Positions 25,017-36,373 of a stretch of DNA of 64,000 bases are shown here, in pieces. Position 1 is the first letter of the stretch; each line of letters opens with the position of its first letter. Both the position numbers and the translations under genes were made by a program. The stretch comes from Zancudomyces culisetae HAW-14-8 (lineage: Eukaryota > Fungi > Kickxellomycota), in assembly GCA_052426225.1 (NCBI GenBank), contig JBNJNM010000014.1:310001-374000 (forward strand). The letters run 5' to 3'. A model generated the notes under the pieces. The model worked only from the letters and a program-made list of their open reading frames with translations. It made no database searches and was not told the origin of the DNA.

Positions 25017-27908
25017 TTAAGAAAGAGAAGCGGTAGCAAAATCGGTGGCCGCAGATACAATGACTTGCACCAAAGAATCAACAGACTGAGTGGTGGAAGG
25101 AGACAGGGAAACAGAGCCCTGGGCAGACAAGGCGGAGCCACCAAACTTGGCAGTAATGTTGAGTGCGGATAAAGCAGAGGCGACATTTCCAGCCCACAAA
25201 TTGGCAGCAAAGGAAGGAGATTGGGATTTGGCAGGAACAAAACAGGCGAAATTGAGTTTATAAGTATCAAGAACAAAGACAGGTCTTTGGGCGGTTGCGG
25301 GTTTTAGGGATTTGGAATAGGTAACAGCATTTGCCAAAGCCTTTGAGTTTCCATTCAAATTGATAGGAAGAACGTAGAAGGGGGCAGGAGATTCAGCAAA
25401 CAATTGAGCGAGTTTGTCAGAAGCAACAGTCTTGAGGCGTTTTTCAGCATCGAGGTGAGCCTTTTTGAGAGAAGAATGTTTTGAGCGGAAAATGTTCTTT
25501 TGAATAAGCGAAATATTGAGGGAATCGAGTTTGGTGGCGGAAGCCTTGAGAGCAGCATCCAAATCATTTCCAGAAAGAGAAGCAATAAGATCCAATTCGG
25601 CAGCAAAGGAATCAGCAGTGGCAATAGCAGCCGCAGCATCGGTACCAGTGACAGCAACAATACGGCGGATTCCCTTGGCAATAGAAAACTCTTCAGTAAT
25701 AAGAATAGAGCTGATGGCAGAAGTGTTTTGGACATGAGTTCCTCCACACAACTCAATGGAATAGTTTGACCACTGCGAATTAGTCTGGTCGGCACGAATC
25801 GCATCAACATCAGCGCCAATAGAAACAACGCGTACAGGATTTGGATACGCCTCACCAAAGACAGCACGCAGTCCAGGAATTTGCCGAACAGATTCCAAGG
25901 CAAAATCAGCAGCATAGACAGGCAGCTGAGCGTCAACCAATTCCTGGCATTGCGATTGGATAGCCGCGAGCTGGTCAGCAGAAATGGATTTGGCACAGCT
26001 AAAATCGAACCGCAGCTTATCGGGCGCAACCAAGGAGCCCTTCTGGTCGATGGATTCGGACGACAACGTTCTATCCAAAGCATAATTGAGAATGTGAGTA
26101 GCAGAATGGTTGAGTGTAATTCTGTGGCGTCTGCTAGTGTCGATGGTAAGCGAAACAGAGTCGCCGACTTGCAAGCTGCCTTCAATGACATCTCCGCTAT
26201 GCACAATGTATCCGCCATAGTTCTGTGCATCGGCTACACTAACCGAACCGTTGGGTCCTACTATCTTGCCAATGTCAGCAACTTGGCCACCAGCTTCGGA
26301 ATAAAAGTTTGTCAAATCAACAACTATTCCTACGCTTTCAGTAGCTTCGGTTTGGTTTACAAGTCCCTTTGATGCCAAAACAATTGCTACAACTGTTGCA
26401 TTTACTGAGTCGAGGTTTTCTGCCGCAAATTTAGGACGGTCGTTAGTCTTGACCACATTTGTAGCCTCCAACTCTGCGAGTGTGTGCACATCCAGAGCTA
26501 CCTTTGAGCCCCTGGCTGCATCTTTCTTGCCTGCCTTGGATGCTGCAATGCTTCGTTCGCGTTCAGCTTCGAATTCGGCTTCGTCAACCTGCAATCCGTT
26601 TTCCTCAGCAATAATTCGTGTCAAATCTACAGGAAATCCAAATGTGTCATACAACCGCCACACGTCGGCGCCTGGAAGTGTCGTTGTCTTGTCCATTCGA
26701 CACTGCTCAACCCGCTGCTCCAACAGCTTTTCACCTCGATCCAGCGTTCGTGCAAACGACGCCTCTTCCTCTGCCAACACCTCTTTGACCTGTTCCAACC
26801 GCTGCACTATCTCGGGAAACTCGGCACCCATCTGGTCTGCAACTACGCCTACAAGCTCGGCAAAGAATCCTCCCAACTTCACTCCCATCTTCTTGCGCGC
26901 ATATCGTGCTCCTCGTCTCAAAATTCGTCGCACTACATACCCACGCCCTTCGTTTGATGGCATTGCCCCGTCGCTAATTGCAAACAACAGTGTGCGTACG
27001 TGGTCTGCAATTACTCTGTATGCCATATCCAATCCATCCACATCACTCTCCCCCACCTTTCCAGTGTACTCGCGCATCCCACTGATTCGCTGAATCTCGC
27101 TGAATATTGGCCCAAACACATCCGTGTCATAGTTGGAGCGCTTATCTTGCAACACTGAAACCAAACGTTCCAGCCCCATTCCTGTATCAATGTGTTTGTT
27201 TGGCAGGTGACGCAGACTACGGTCGTTCTCTCGGTTGTATTGCATAAACACAAGATTCCATATCTCCAACACATCTGGATCGTCTTGATTTACCAACTCT
27301 GACGCATCTCGTCCTCCAATTCGGTCGTAGTGGATTTCGCTGCAGGGTCCGCATGGCCCTACCTCTCCCATTTCCCAAAAGTTCTCCTTGGTTCCAAACG
27401 CCAATATCCGGTGTGGCTCTACTCCCATTTCCAGCCACAACTCTCGTGCCTCATTGTCAGCCTCCAACCCTTGCTTCTCGTCTCCTCCAAAATACGACAC
27501 ATACAATCGATCCTTCTCCAATCCGTATTCTACTGTCAACAGCTCCCACGCATATTTAATGGCCTCCCTCTTAAAGTAATCTCCGAACGACCAGTTGCCC
27601 AACATTTCGAAAAACGTGTGGTGGTACACATCCTTGCCTACATCCTCCAAATCGTTGTGCTTTCCTCCTGCTCTGATGCATTTCTGGCTGTTTACTGACC
27701 GCTTCAGCTTTCCCAGCTCTGAGCTTGGATCTGCTGTGCCCAAAAATATTGGCTTGAACTGGTTCATCCCAGCATTTGCAAACAAAAGCGTTGGATCATC
27801 GTGTGGCACCACTGGTGAAGACCTTGTGAACTGATGTCCTTGCCTCTCAAAATACTCTATATATCTACGTCGTACCTTGCTTGCTGTCCACTGGTCCGTT
27901 TCTGTCAT
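25017..27908 (-). CDS. ALA1: Alanyl-tRNA synthetase
   Basis: Motifs DPTLLFANAGMNQFK, HHTFFEMLGNWSFGDYFK, GPCGPCSE and IDTGMGLERL, plus editing-domain motifs NHSATH and ELCGGTH. Confidence 0.98.
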   Translation of the reverse strand: MTETDQWTASKVRRRYIEYFERQGHQFTRSSPVVPHDDPTLLFANAGMNQFKPIFLGTADPSSELGKLKRSVNSQKCIRAGGKHNDLEDVGKDVYHHTFFEMLGNWSFGDYFKREAIKYAWELLTVEYGLEKDRLYVSYFGGDEKQGLEADNEARELWLEMGVEPHRILAFGTKENFWEMGEVGPCGPCSEIHYDRIGGRDASELVNQDDPDVLEIWNLVFMQYNRENDRSLRHLPNKHIDTGMGLERLVSVLQDKRSNYDTDVFGPIFSEIQRISGMREYTGKVGESDVDGLDMAYRVIADHVRTLLFAISDGAMPSNEGRGYVVRRILRRGARYARKKMGVKLGGFFAELVGVVADQMGAEFPEIVQRLEQVKEVLAEEEASFARTLDRGEKLLEQRVEQCRMDKTTTLPGADVWRLYDTFGFPVDLTRIIAEENGLQVDEAEFEAERERSIAASKAGKKDAARGSKVALDVHTLAELEATNVVKTNDRPKFAAENLDSVNATVVAIVLASKGLVNQTEATESVGIVVDLTNFYSEAGGQVADIGKIVGPNGSVSVADAQNYGGYIVHSGDVIEGSLQVGDSVSLTIDTSRRHRITLNHSATHILNYALDRTLSSESIDQKGSLVAPDKLRFDFSCAKSISADQLAAIQSQCQELVDAQLPVYAADFALESVRQIPGLRAVFGEAYPNPVRVVSIGADVDAIRADQTNSQWSNYSIELCGGTHVQNTSAISSILITEEFSIAKGIRRIVAVTGTDAAAAIATADSFAAELDLIASLSGNDLDAALKASATKLDSLNISLIQKNIFRSKHSSLKKAHLDAEKRLKTVASDKLAQLFAESPAPFYVLPINLNGNSKALANAVTYSKSLKPATAQRPVFVLDTYKLNFACFVPAKSQSPSFAANLWAGNVASALSALNITAKFGGSALSAQGSVSLSPSTTQSVDSLVQVIVSAATDFATASLS

Positions 27909-28978
27909 TTTGTTGTTCGTTATCTTTGTATTACTTTTGCAAACCTTTTGGAACCTTGCTATATATATGTTTTTTTTTTATTACTAGGATTTTCTGCCAC
28001 TTTTTGTACTTTTTTATTAGCTTTTTTTCTTTCTTTACTGTTATTTTGTTGGTTGATTTTTTTTATTTTGCGTCCTGTTTCTTTCCCCTCACTTTCTTGC
28101 ATTTTTAAATCATTCAAAAAAAAAAAGTACCGATTTCCGCTTAATTTTTGTCATTTAATAAAAAAAAATTTTTATATTTTTTTATATAAACCTTGATTTC
28201 ATTTTGCTTTGTTTCCTTACTGTTTATTAATTTGTCACTATTGACACCCGGATTTCAAAAAACCTATCATCATTACATCCAGTGTGTTTTTGAATGAGCA
28301 AAGGTCATGTGTTCATGTATGTATAAGTGTACATTTACGTGGATATAGTGAGCAATCATATATGTTATACTTTTATATTCTGACTTTACAGGTTCATTGT
28401 TTTCATCTAGTGAGTTAGCTTTAGCTTTAATTTTAATTTTATTATTTTGACAATTTTAGCAATTCAGCAATATTTACAGTTAAAAAATACTTGCCCACTT
28501 CAACTTGCCTGCAAATAAGAAATAAATATTTACTCTGGAATCCAATACGGTAAAAGGCAAATGCACTACTTTTTATTATTTTTATCATTTAAAACATTTA
28601 AATGTTTCACCAAATGATGCTGCAAGCATATTACAAATCCAACATTTTAACCGGAATTCACCAAAATCAAAAAAAAAATTTTTTTTTTATACAGTTTATA
28701 TTGTTTTTTTCGGATTTGGACGCGAATTTTTTTTTTTTTGCACTTACAAAGCTCACTAAATAATGACAAAATCAAGAGAAAAAAAAGAAAAAAAAAGAAA
28801 AAAAAAAGCCAATATACACAACATTCAACACAAATCTAGTAATAAAAAAATCACTTGTACATAATAAAAACAAAATACTACAACCCTTATAATCACTACT
28901 ACATCACTTGTCTTCTTTTGCTTTTTTTTATTACTCTGATTAGTCTAGAATACAACGATAAACGAGAGAGCTAAAAGC

Positions 28979-30243
28979 ATGTCGAATTTGCAACTGGAAA
29001 GCTGTCCAAATTGCAGCCAAAAACTCGAATTTTTCCAACTCGATTTGGATCGGAAAATCAAAATGTGTCCTTTAATATCCGTAAGTTTTAAATCTCTTTG
29101 TTTTTATTATTACTTTTCTACGCCTGGGATAGTCTATCAAATACTAAACCTATAACTTTATTTTTTTTATAAAAAAACAAAAAACAATAGTGTACTTACC
29201 CATTTACGACCAAGGATATTTTACACAACATTCAAAAAGATGCTACAAAGAAACCACTTGCTTCCGAATACAAAATTGGTTCGAAAAGACAATCAGCTGG
29301 TAAAATTTCACCTGAAAGGCCCAAAAAAACAAAGAAAACGGGTTTGGTACCATCAATTGCAGTACCCACCCGGGGGCTTGAGTCGAATTATAATGATAAT
29401 GATACATCTAAAAACACCACAAAGCTGGTGCAGAGTAAGCCATTGTCTAGCCAGCAAACCCCAGTTTATGGTTCTGTATGGTTGGATTCCGGCGTAGATA
29501 AAAATGCTCAGAGCAATAAACCTTCGCTAAAAGGTAACAATAAATATCATTTTGAGTCTGCAATAGCAGAGATGGCGACGACAACAAGTATAGATTCAGG
29601 TGATTCTACTGGTAATCTTGGTAAAGTCTTGGATTATTCGACTTTGGAGTTGCCGGATCTCTCCGCTATCCAAACCCAAAGTCAGACCCAGACCCAGACC
29701 CAGATCCAGACCCAGACCCAACCATTATCACCCTCGTTGTCGTCGTTGCAATTTCCGTTATTGTCCGAATTGGAGTTGGACTCTTTATATAATATTTCCT
29801 CAAATGCTGATTCTTTACTTGCAAATGATAATAGCTGTTCTAAAAATGACACAGATGCTGACCAACAAGTCAAAATCACCGTGTTTGATGAGTTGTTGAG
29901 TATGCTGAATGGATCGACAAGCAACAGCACCGATGCTTTGACAGATTTCTTGTTTCCCAGCGATTTTTCAGCAATTGACACCAGCAGTAGCAAAATCAAT
30001 GGTGGAGAAAACGTTTTTGGGATTGAAGACAACAATAATTGCAGCAATAGAGATAGTAGCACTAATAATAGTCCGATGCTGGCTACACCTCCAGACGAAC
30101 TATTGCTTGGTTTGAGTGGTAATGGAACATCGACAAATTCAAAGATGTTTGATTTCGAGTTTTCCAAGGATGATATTCTATCCATCTCGAACAAACTGGA
30201 ATTTGAGGAGAAACATCTTTTGAATATTATCCAACCACAATAA
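28979..30243 (+). CDS. Protein with an N-terminal Cys4 zinc ribbon (USPL1-N-like) and a long acidic, Ser/Asn-rich tail; exons 28979-29080 and 29191-30243, about 384 aa
   Basis: The spliced N-terminus MSNLQLESCPNCSQKLEFFQLDLDRKIKMCPLIS|CTYPF is joined by a phase-0 gtaagt...tag intron, in frame with ORF 29344..30243. A QT repeat is encoded by (CAGACC)n. Confidence 0.75.
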
Positions 30244-31856
30244 GTGTGGCAATTACCATTGCCTTAAATATCTATATATATATATATATTTGTGAAGATT
30301 GGTTTTGAAGCTGAGTTTGTATAAATAACCTAGAATTGTATTTATTATGTTTATTTATTATTTTAATTTTTTTGATTAAATGTATTTTGTGTTTTACAGT
30401 GATTTGACTATTGTTAATAAAAAGAGATGATCGAATAAAGCTAAGCAATAATTGACACCCTCTCCCTCTCATCTCAAATTCTTGGCTTGTGCTTTTATCC
30501 CTTAAGAATACAACAAAATCGCATGATGATAGTTAAAAAAAAGTAGTATTCATAAACAGGCTATTATTTCAGTTGTGTTTAGTAGAATAGAGAGTGTTGT
30601 TGTATATTTTTGGAACATTTGACATTCCACAGTGAAAACAATGGCAAGGTTTGTTGAAATGGCAGGGCTTTGTGCTTTCCTATAGTAGAAAATCCCTTTT
30701 TTATTTTGATTTGCATTCTGGGTACAATCACAAATACGTTTATTTATTAAACATTACCAATAGTTTGGAGTTGTTAGAATTAACGCTAAAAAATAAAAAA
30801 TCAGGTGATTATAAAAGTACATAATTTGTGTCTTTATGTTTATTTTGGAATATATTTCCAATTATGTATACTTTTGGTTTGACATTAAAAAATAAATAAT
30901 GAGGAAAAGGGGGAAAAGTTTGGAAAATCATTTATTTTAGAGAGATCAAAAAAAAAAAGGGAGGGGAAAATATTTAATTATTAGATGAGGAGAGGGAAGA
31001 GGAGAGGAGGAGGAGGAGGGAGGGGGCTTGCTTTGTATTTATTTTTAAAAAAAGGTTTGGATTTGTAATGGTTGTTATCATGGTTCATTTATTTGATAGA
31101 AAACGGAAAAAAAATAAAGGCAACTAGGTGATATTGAATGAATTTTTGGTGGCAATAGTTTATGGTATTTGTAGTGGTAGTATTGGTATTAGTATTAGTG
31201 GTATTAATAGCAATGGCAATATCAAAGTAATAGGAATAGGAATATAAATAGTGTGAGGAAGAGAAAAAGCAAAGTGTTAAGGATATGTTCATTTTTCATC
31301 AAACTTTTGTACAGATATTTGTAATTGCTAAAAACTACGTGATTATATTTTATTCGGTCAATGTAAATTATTAATACAAATTTATTTTTTACTTGTCAAA
31401 TGAGAAAGTTGGGAAAAATCAATGTGAAAATTCTGTAAATTGACACACAGACGCACTTTTAAATAATTCCCATTATGCCCAGAAAATTGGGGAGGGAGGA
31501 AAAGGAAAGGGAGAGAAGAGAAGAGATGACAAATAAAAAAATTATTGGGGAGAAAGAAGGAGGAGATGGGGGAGGGGGGGGAGAAATAACATTAGAAAAA
31601 TGTACAGTAATTAATTTTGTGGTTGGAGAGGCGTGTGCGGACGAGAAAAAATTTTGTGGTGGTGAGATCAAGTAAAGTGGTGGGTGGGTTAATGGGTCGG
31701 TGGGTAGAACGATGATAGTGAGAGTGAGGGTGAGATAATGAGACAGATTTGTGATGCACCTTTGTTAGCAGAATTCAAAACGAGATTGAAAATACACGAG
31801 AATTTGATAATATGGTGAAGATTGGGTAAAGCAAAGGGAAAAGAGTGTGAGGATGA

Positions 31857-31902
31857 GGGTTTGGGTTTAGCTTTGGGTTATGGGTTTGGGTTTGGGTTTG
31901 GG
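31857..31902 (+). repeat. Degenerate (GGGTTT)n tract, G4-capable
   Basis: The sequence reads gggtttgggtttagctttgggttatgggtttgggtttgggtttggg. Confidence 0.75.
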
Positions 31903-32748
31903 TGAGATAAGGAATGACTGTAGAGATAGAAAATGAAAATATCAGATACTTCAAGTTGAATGGATGGATAAAGAATATAACGAAAAAAAAATGTAAAACT
32001 AACGGAAACACAAGCAATGACAGGAAAAGGAGAAAAAAAAATACCGCAGAATGGAACATAGTGGAATTTCAAAACGGAATAATGATGATAATTTTTTTTT
32101 TGGACAAGGAAAGGGAGGAAAAAGGTAAAGAATAACAGATGTACATTAATGATTATTTACAACAAAAAAAATGGATTTGATTGGGAATTTGTCTTGTTAT
32201 TTTCGAATAGATTATGTTTATGACATTGTTATTTAATCGGGAAATAAGAGGAAAATAAAAAAGGTAGAAAGAAACAGAGATGAAGTAAGGGAGTATGGAG
32301 GGGAGTGGAAGGGGAGTGGAAGGGGAAGTGGAGGGGAAAGCGGGGGGAAGTGAGGGAAGAAGTGAGTAGGAGAGGAATAGATTATAAATTAAAAAAAGCA
32401 TTAGTAAATAAAAACAATTAAAATGATAGAAAAAAAAACGTGCGAGTGGGAAGGGGGGGATAGCGGGGTTAAATTATAAACTAGGCGATTTTTACGATTT
32501 AGCAATATTACTAAATCCATTCCAAGCATTAATTTTTTTTTTTGTTACAATTTTTTTTTTACAAGCCATTATTTTTTTAGTATTAATACGTATTTTGAGA
32601 AGAAAAATAAATAAAGATACAAAGAGTTAAGTAAAAAGCTAGATCATCTTTAACCTCAAAAAAAATAATATAGAAATACACTAGTAAAACAAAAAAAAAA
32701 AGATTTGAGAGGTAAAACAAAACAAAAATAAAGAAAGGAGTAAATAAA

Positions 32749-35700
32749 ATGGCTACAAGACTAGTATTAGCTAGGCAAGCAGGAAGGAGGTTGCTTGGAT
32801 TGGGAACACAGAGATTGAGCATGTTGGGAGCAAGAAAGTACGGAAGCGCACCATCCAACGAAAACTTCTTGACAGGTACATCGTCACCATATGTGGAGGA
32901 GATGTACAAGGCGTATTTGGAAGATCCACAGTCAGTACATAGCAGCTGGAGAGCGTTTTTTAAAAATGTAGACAAAGGGCTAAAGCCAGGACAAGCATTT
33001 GCACAGCCACCAACAGAAATAATGTCAGGAACTGCAATTATCCCACCAATTAGCGATATTGAGCAGATGATTGGCAGTCAACAAGAATCGCAAGATGGAT
33101 ATGGTAGTGTGATGGAGCATCTGAAAGTACAATTGTTTGTACGAGCATACCAAGTCAGAGGACACACAATAGCAAACTTGGATCCACTGGGGCTTTCAGG
33201 AAGCAAAATAGGAGCAGGTGCAAGCAAAGAGCTGTCACTTGATTACTATGGCTTTACCGAGGCAGATTTGGACAAGAAGTTCCGAATGGGACCAGGAATC
33301 TTTCCATACTTTATAGATCACGGAGTAACAGAGCTTTCACTGCGTGATATTCACAGGAAGTTGCAAAGAATCTACTGTGGTACGTTTGGAGTGGAGTATA
33401 CACATATGGGTGACCGAGAAATGTGTAACTGGTTCCGAATCAAGTTGGAGACACCAGAACAGCGCACATTGACAAAGGATATGAAACGAGTGATTCTGGA
33501 CCGATTGGCGTGGGGAACATTGTTTGAACGATACTCAGCCAAGAAGTATCCTAGCCAGAAGCGGTTTGGACTGGAAGGGCTGGAGTCATTGATTCCAGGG
33601 TTGAAGGAGTTGATAGATTATTCAGTAGATTTGGGAGTTGAGCATGTTGTTATTGGAATGCCACATCGTGGTCGGTTGAATGTGTTGAGTAACGTGGTAC
33701 GCAAACCAAACGAATCGATCTTTTGTGAGTTTTCAGGAGAGTTGGAGCCATCAGTTGAAGGGTCAGGCGATGCTCGATACCACTTGGGAATGAACTTTGT
33801 ACGTCCAACACCCAACGGAAAGAATGTACATTTGTCACTATTGGCCAATCCATCACATTTGGAAACAATTGATCCAATAGTGTTGGGTAAGACCCGAGCA
33901 TTGCAGACACATTTGAATGATGATGAGCGCAAGAAGTGTATGGCGTTGTTGCTGCACGGAGACGCAGCATTTGCAGCTCAGGGAATTGTATACGAGACTT
34001 TAGGTTTTTCAGAGTTGCCAGGATACAAAACTGGAGGAACAATTCACGTGATTGTTAACAACCAAGTCGGATTTACAACCGATCCTCGCTTTGCACGGTC
34101 AACAAGATACCCAAGCGATATTGCCAAAGCAATTGGAGCACCAATTATCCACATCAACGCAGACGATCCAGAGGCAGTAGTTGATGGATTCCGATTGGCA
34201 TCAGAGTGGCGCCAGACATTTGGAAAGGACGTAGTGATTGATTTGTTGGGATACAGACGCCATGGTCACAACGAAACAGATCAGCCAATGTTTACCCAAC
34301 CAACGATGTACAAAATCATCAAAAACAAGAAGAGTTCGCTGGAAACTTATTCAGAAAAACTCATCGCTGAAAAGAGCTTTACCCGAAAAGAAATCGACCA
34401 GGTTACTGACCGAATTTGGGATTTGTTGGACCAAAGCTATGCCCGAAGCAAGAACTACGTTCCAACAAGTGCTGAATGGGTTTCTTCAGTATGGCCTGGC
34501 TTCAAATCCTTGTCAGAACTCTCTGTCGAAATCACACCATCGTACCCAACTGGTGTTTCTCTTGATGCTCTTGAGCTTGTCGGCCAGAAGCTGTGTACCC
34601 TTCCATCAGACTTCAACCTGCATCCTCAGCTATCTAAAATCCTCGCTGCTCGTGCCGAAACTCTTCGCAACGGTGCAGGCATTGACTGGCCAACTGCTGA
34701 AGCTCTGGCTGCGGGAACTCTGCTTTTGGAAGGCAAGGGTGTACGTTTGAGTGGTCAGGATGTCGAAAGAGGTACTTTCTCACAGAGACATTGGGTATTG
34801 CACGACCAGGTTAAAGATACTCACCATTACAGACCTCTGCAACACATATCAAGTGACCAAGGCCGATTCACTGTATCCAACTCGCCACTTTCTGAATACG
34901 GAACCCTTGGATTTGAGCTGGGTTATTCGCTGCTAAATCCAAACGATTTGGTTATGTGGGAAGCCCAATTCGGTGACTTTGCCAACGTAGCCCAGGCCGT
35001 AATTGATCAGTGCATTTCCGCTGGTGAGAAGAAATGGCTGCAACGAACTGGCTTGACTATGCTGCTTCCTCACGGCTTTGATGGCCAAGGTTCTGAACAT
35101 TCCAGCGCTCGTCTTGAACGCTTCTTGCAAATGTGTGATGAAAATCCTTACATTTTCCCCTCTGAAACCCAAATCCGGCGCCAGCACCAAGACATAAACA
35201 TGCAGGTTGTCTATGCCTCTACTCCCGCAAACTTCTTCCACGTCTTGCGTAGACAAATCCACCGTGATTTCCGCAAACCTCTAATCGTCATGACCTCCAA
35301 AAAACTGCTTCGTCATCCTTTGGCTCGCTCTACCCTCGAGGAAATGACCGGCGACACTCACTTCCAACGCTTTATTCTCGATCCTCTTGCCACTGAATCT
35401 GCCTCAAACTCCAATGGCGATTCTTCCGCCTTCTCTCTGCTGCCTAGAGATCAAATCACTACCCACATTCTCTGCACTGGCCAAGTCTACTACGCCCTGG
35501 CCCAGGCTCGTGAGCTTAACAATCTCCGCCACATTGCCATTTCTCGTATTGAACAACTCCATCCATTCCCTTGGGATTTGGTCCGTGATGGCCTTGACTA
35601 TTTCCCCAATGCCTCCGATATTGTCTGGACTCAAGAAGAGCCTCTCAATATGGGTGCCTGGACCTATGTCGAGCCAAGACTAAGAACCACTTTCCTCAAC

Positions 35701-35886
35701 ACTTCCAACCACTCTTCTCCTACTTCCACCTCCCTACGCTACTGTGGTCGTGCCCCAAGCGGTCCTGTAGCCACTGGAAACATCAAGCAGCACTTCTTTG
35801 AGGAATGGACCTTTATTTCCCAGGCTCTTTACGGATCTGCAAAGAAACCTTCTGATGTTATTAATGGTGTTCCAAAATGGGACTAA
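32749..35886 (+). CDS. KGD1: 2-oxoglutarate dehydrogenase E1 component, mitochondrial
   Basis: Arg-rich presequence, KRFGLEG, GMPHRGRLNVL, NPSHLE, TPP motif HGDAAFAAQG...NNQVGFTT, RLSGQDVERGTFSQRH, WEAQFGDFAN and EHSSARLERFLQ. Confidence 0.98.
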   Translation: MATRLVLARQAGRRLLGLGTQRLSMLGARKYGSAPSNENFLTGTSSPYVEEMYKAYLEDPQSVHSSWRAFFKNVDKGLKPGQAFAQPPTEIMSGTAIIPPISDIEQMIGSQQESQDGYGSVMEHLKVQLFVRAYQVRGHTIANLDPLGLSGSKIGAGASKELSLDYYGFTEADLDKKFRMGPGIFPYFIDHGVTELSLRDIHRKLQRIYCGTFGVEYTHMGDREMCNWFRIKLETPEQRTLTKDMKRVILDRLAWGTLFERYSAKKYPSQKRFGLEGLESLIPGLKELIDYSVDLGVEHVVIGMPHRGRLNVLSNVVRKPNESIFCEFSGELEPSVEGSGDARYHLGMNFVRPTPNGKNVHLSLLANPSHLETIDPIVLGKTRALQTHLNDDERKKCMALLLHGDAAFAAQGIVYETLGFSELPGYKTGGTIHVIVNNQVGFTTDPRFARSTRYPSDIAKAIGAPIIHINADDPEAVVDGFRLASEWRQTFGKDVVIDLLGYRRHGHNETDQPMFTQPTMYKIIKNKKSSLETYSEKLIAEKSFTRKEIDQVTDRIWDLLDQSYARSKNYVPTSAEWVSSVWPGFKSLSELSVEITPSYPTGVSLDALELVGQKLCTLPSDFNLHPQLSKILAARAETLRNGAGIDWPTAEALAAGTLLLEGKGVRLSGQDVERGTFSQRHWVLHDQVKDTHHYRPLQHISSDQGRFTVSNSPLSEYGTLGFELGYSLLNPNDLVMWEAQFGDFANVAQAVIDQCISAGEKKWLQRTGLTMLLPHGFDGQGSEHSSARLERFLQMCDENPYIFPSETQIRRQHQDINMQVVYASTPANFFHVLRRQIHRDFRKPLIVMTSKKLLRHPLARSTLEEMTGDTHFQRFILDPLATESASNSNGDSSAFSLLPRDQITTHILCTGQVYYALAQARELNNLRHIAISRIEQLHPFPWDLVRDGLDYFPNASDIVWTQEEPLNMGAWTYVEPRLRTTFLNTSNHSSPTSTSLRYCGRAPSGPVATGNIKQHFFEEWTFISQALYGSAKKPSDVINGVPKWD

Positions 35887-36373
35887 ATCCCACCCATCCT
35901 CCCCATTTCTGTTTAGTTTATTTTACACGTGTTTTTTTTTTACATTATAAAGAAAAGACAAATAATCAATTATTCCACTTTCCAATAAAATTAAATCTAT
36001 TTTATTTTATTTTATTTTTTGCATTTTTTTTTGTTTTTCAATTTCAATATTTTATTTACGGCATTTGAATTTCCAATTGATTGTTTTTTCAAACCCAATC
36101 ACAAATTTGACCTGTTTGTTCGTTCATTTGTTTGTTAGCCTCCTTTTTTATTTCCTTTTTTTTTCATGCAGTATATTTCTGTTTATTCTATAAATAATAT
36201 TGGTATAATTGCTAGAATATATATGCAAATAAATAAGGGGTTTAATAATAAAAATTTAAAAAAAATAAACATTTAAATATATATTATAAATTAACTCATT
36301 ATTCAAACTCCTTTTTTATAGTTTTTTTTTTAAAAAAGAAAAGAAAAGAAAAAGAAAAAAGAAAGAGCCAGGC

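Noticed and set aside
25355-27834. Long overlapping or antisense ORFs within ALA1 (similar ones occur in KGD1 and the kinase)
   Set aside because: They have no recognisable motifs and are explained by the codon bias of the real gene.
31857-31902. Interstitial telomere
   Set aside because: The tract is short and degenerate, sits among other G-rich SSRs, and the telomere motif of the organism is unknown.
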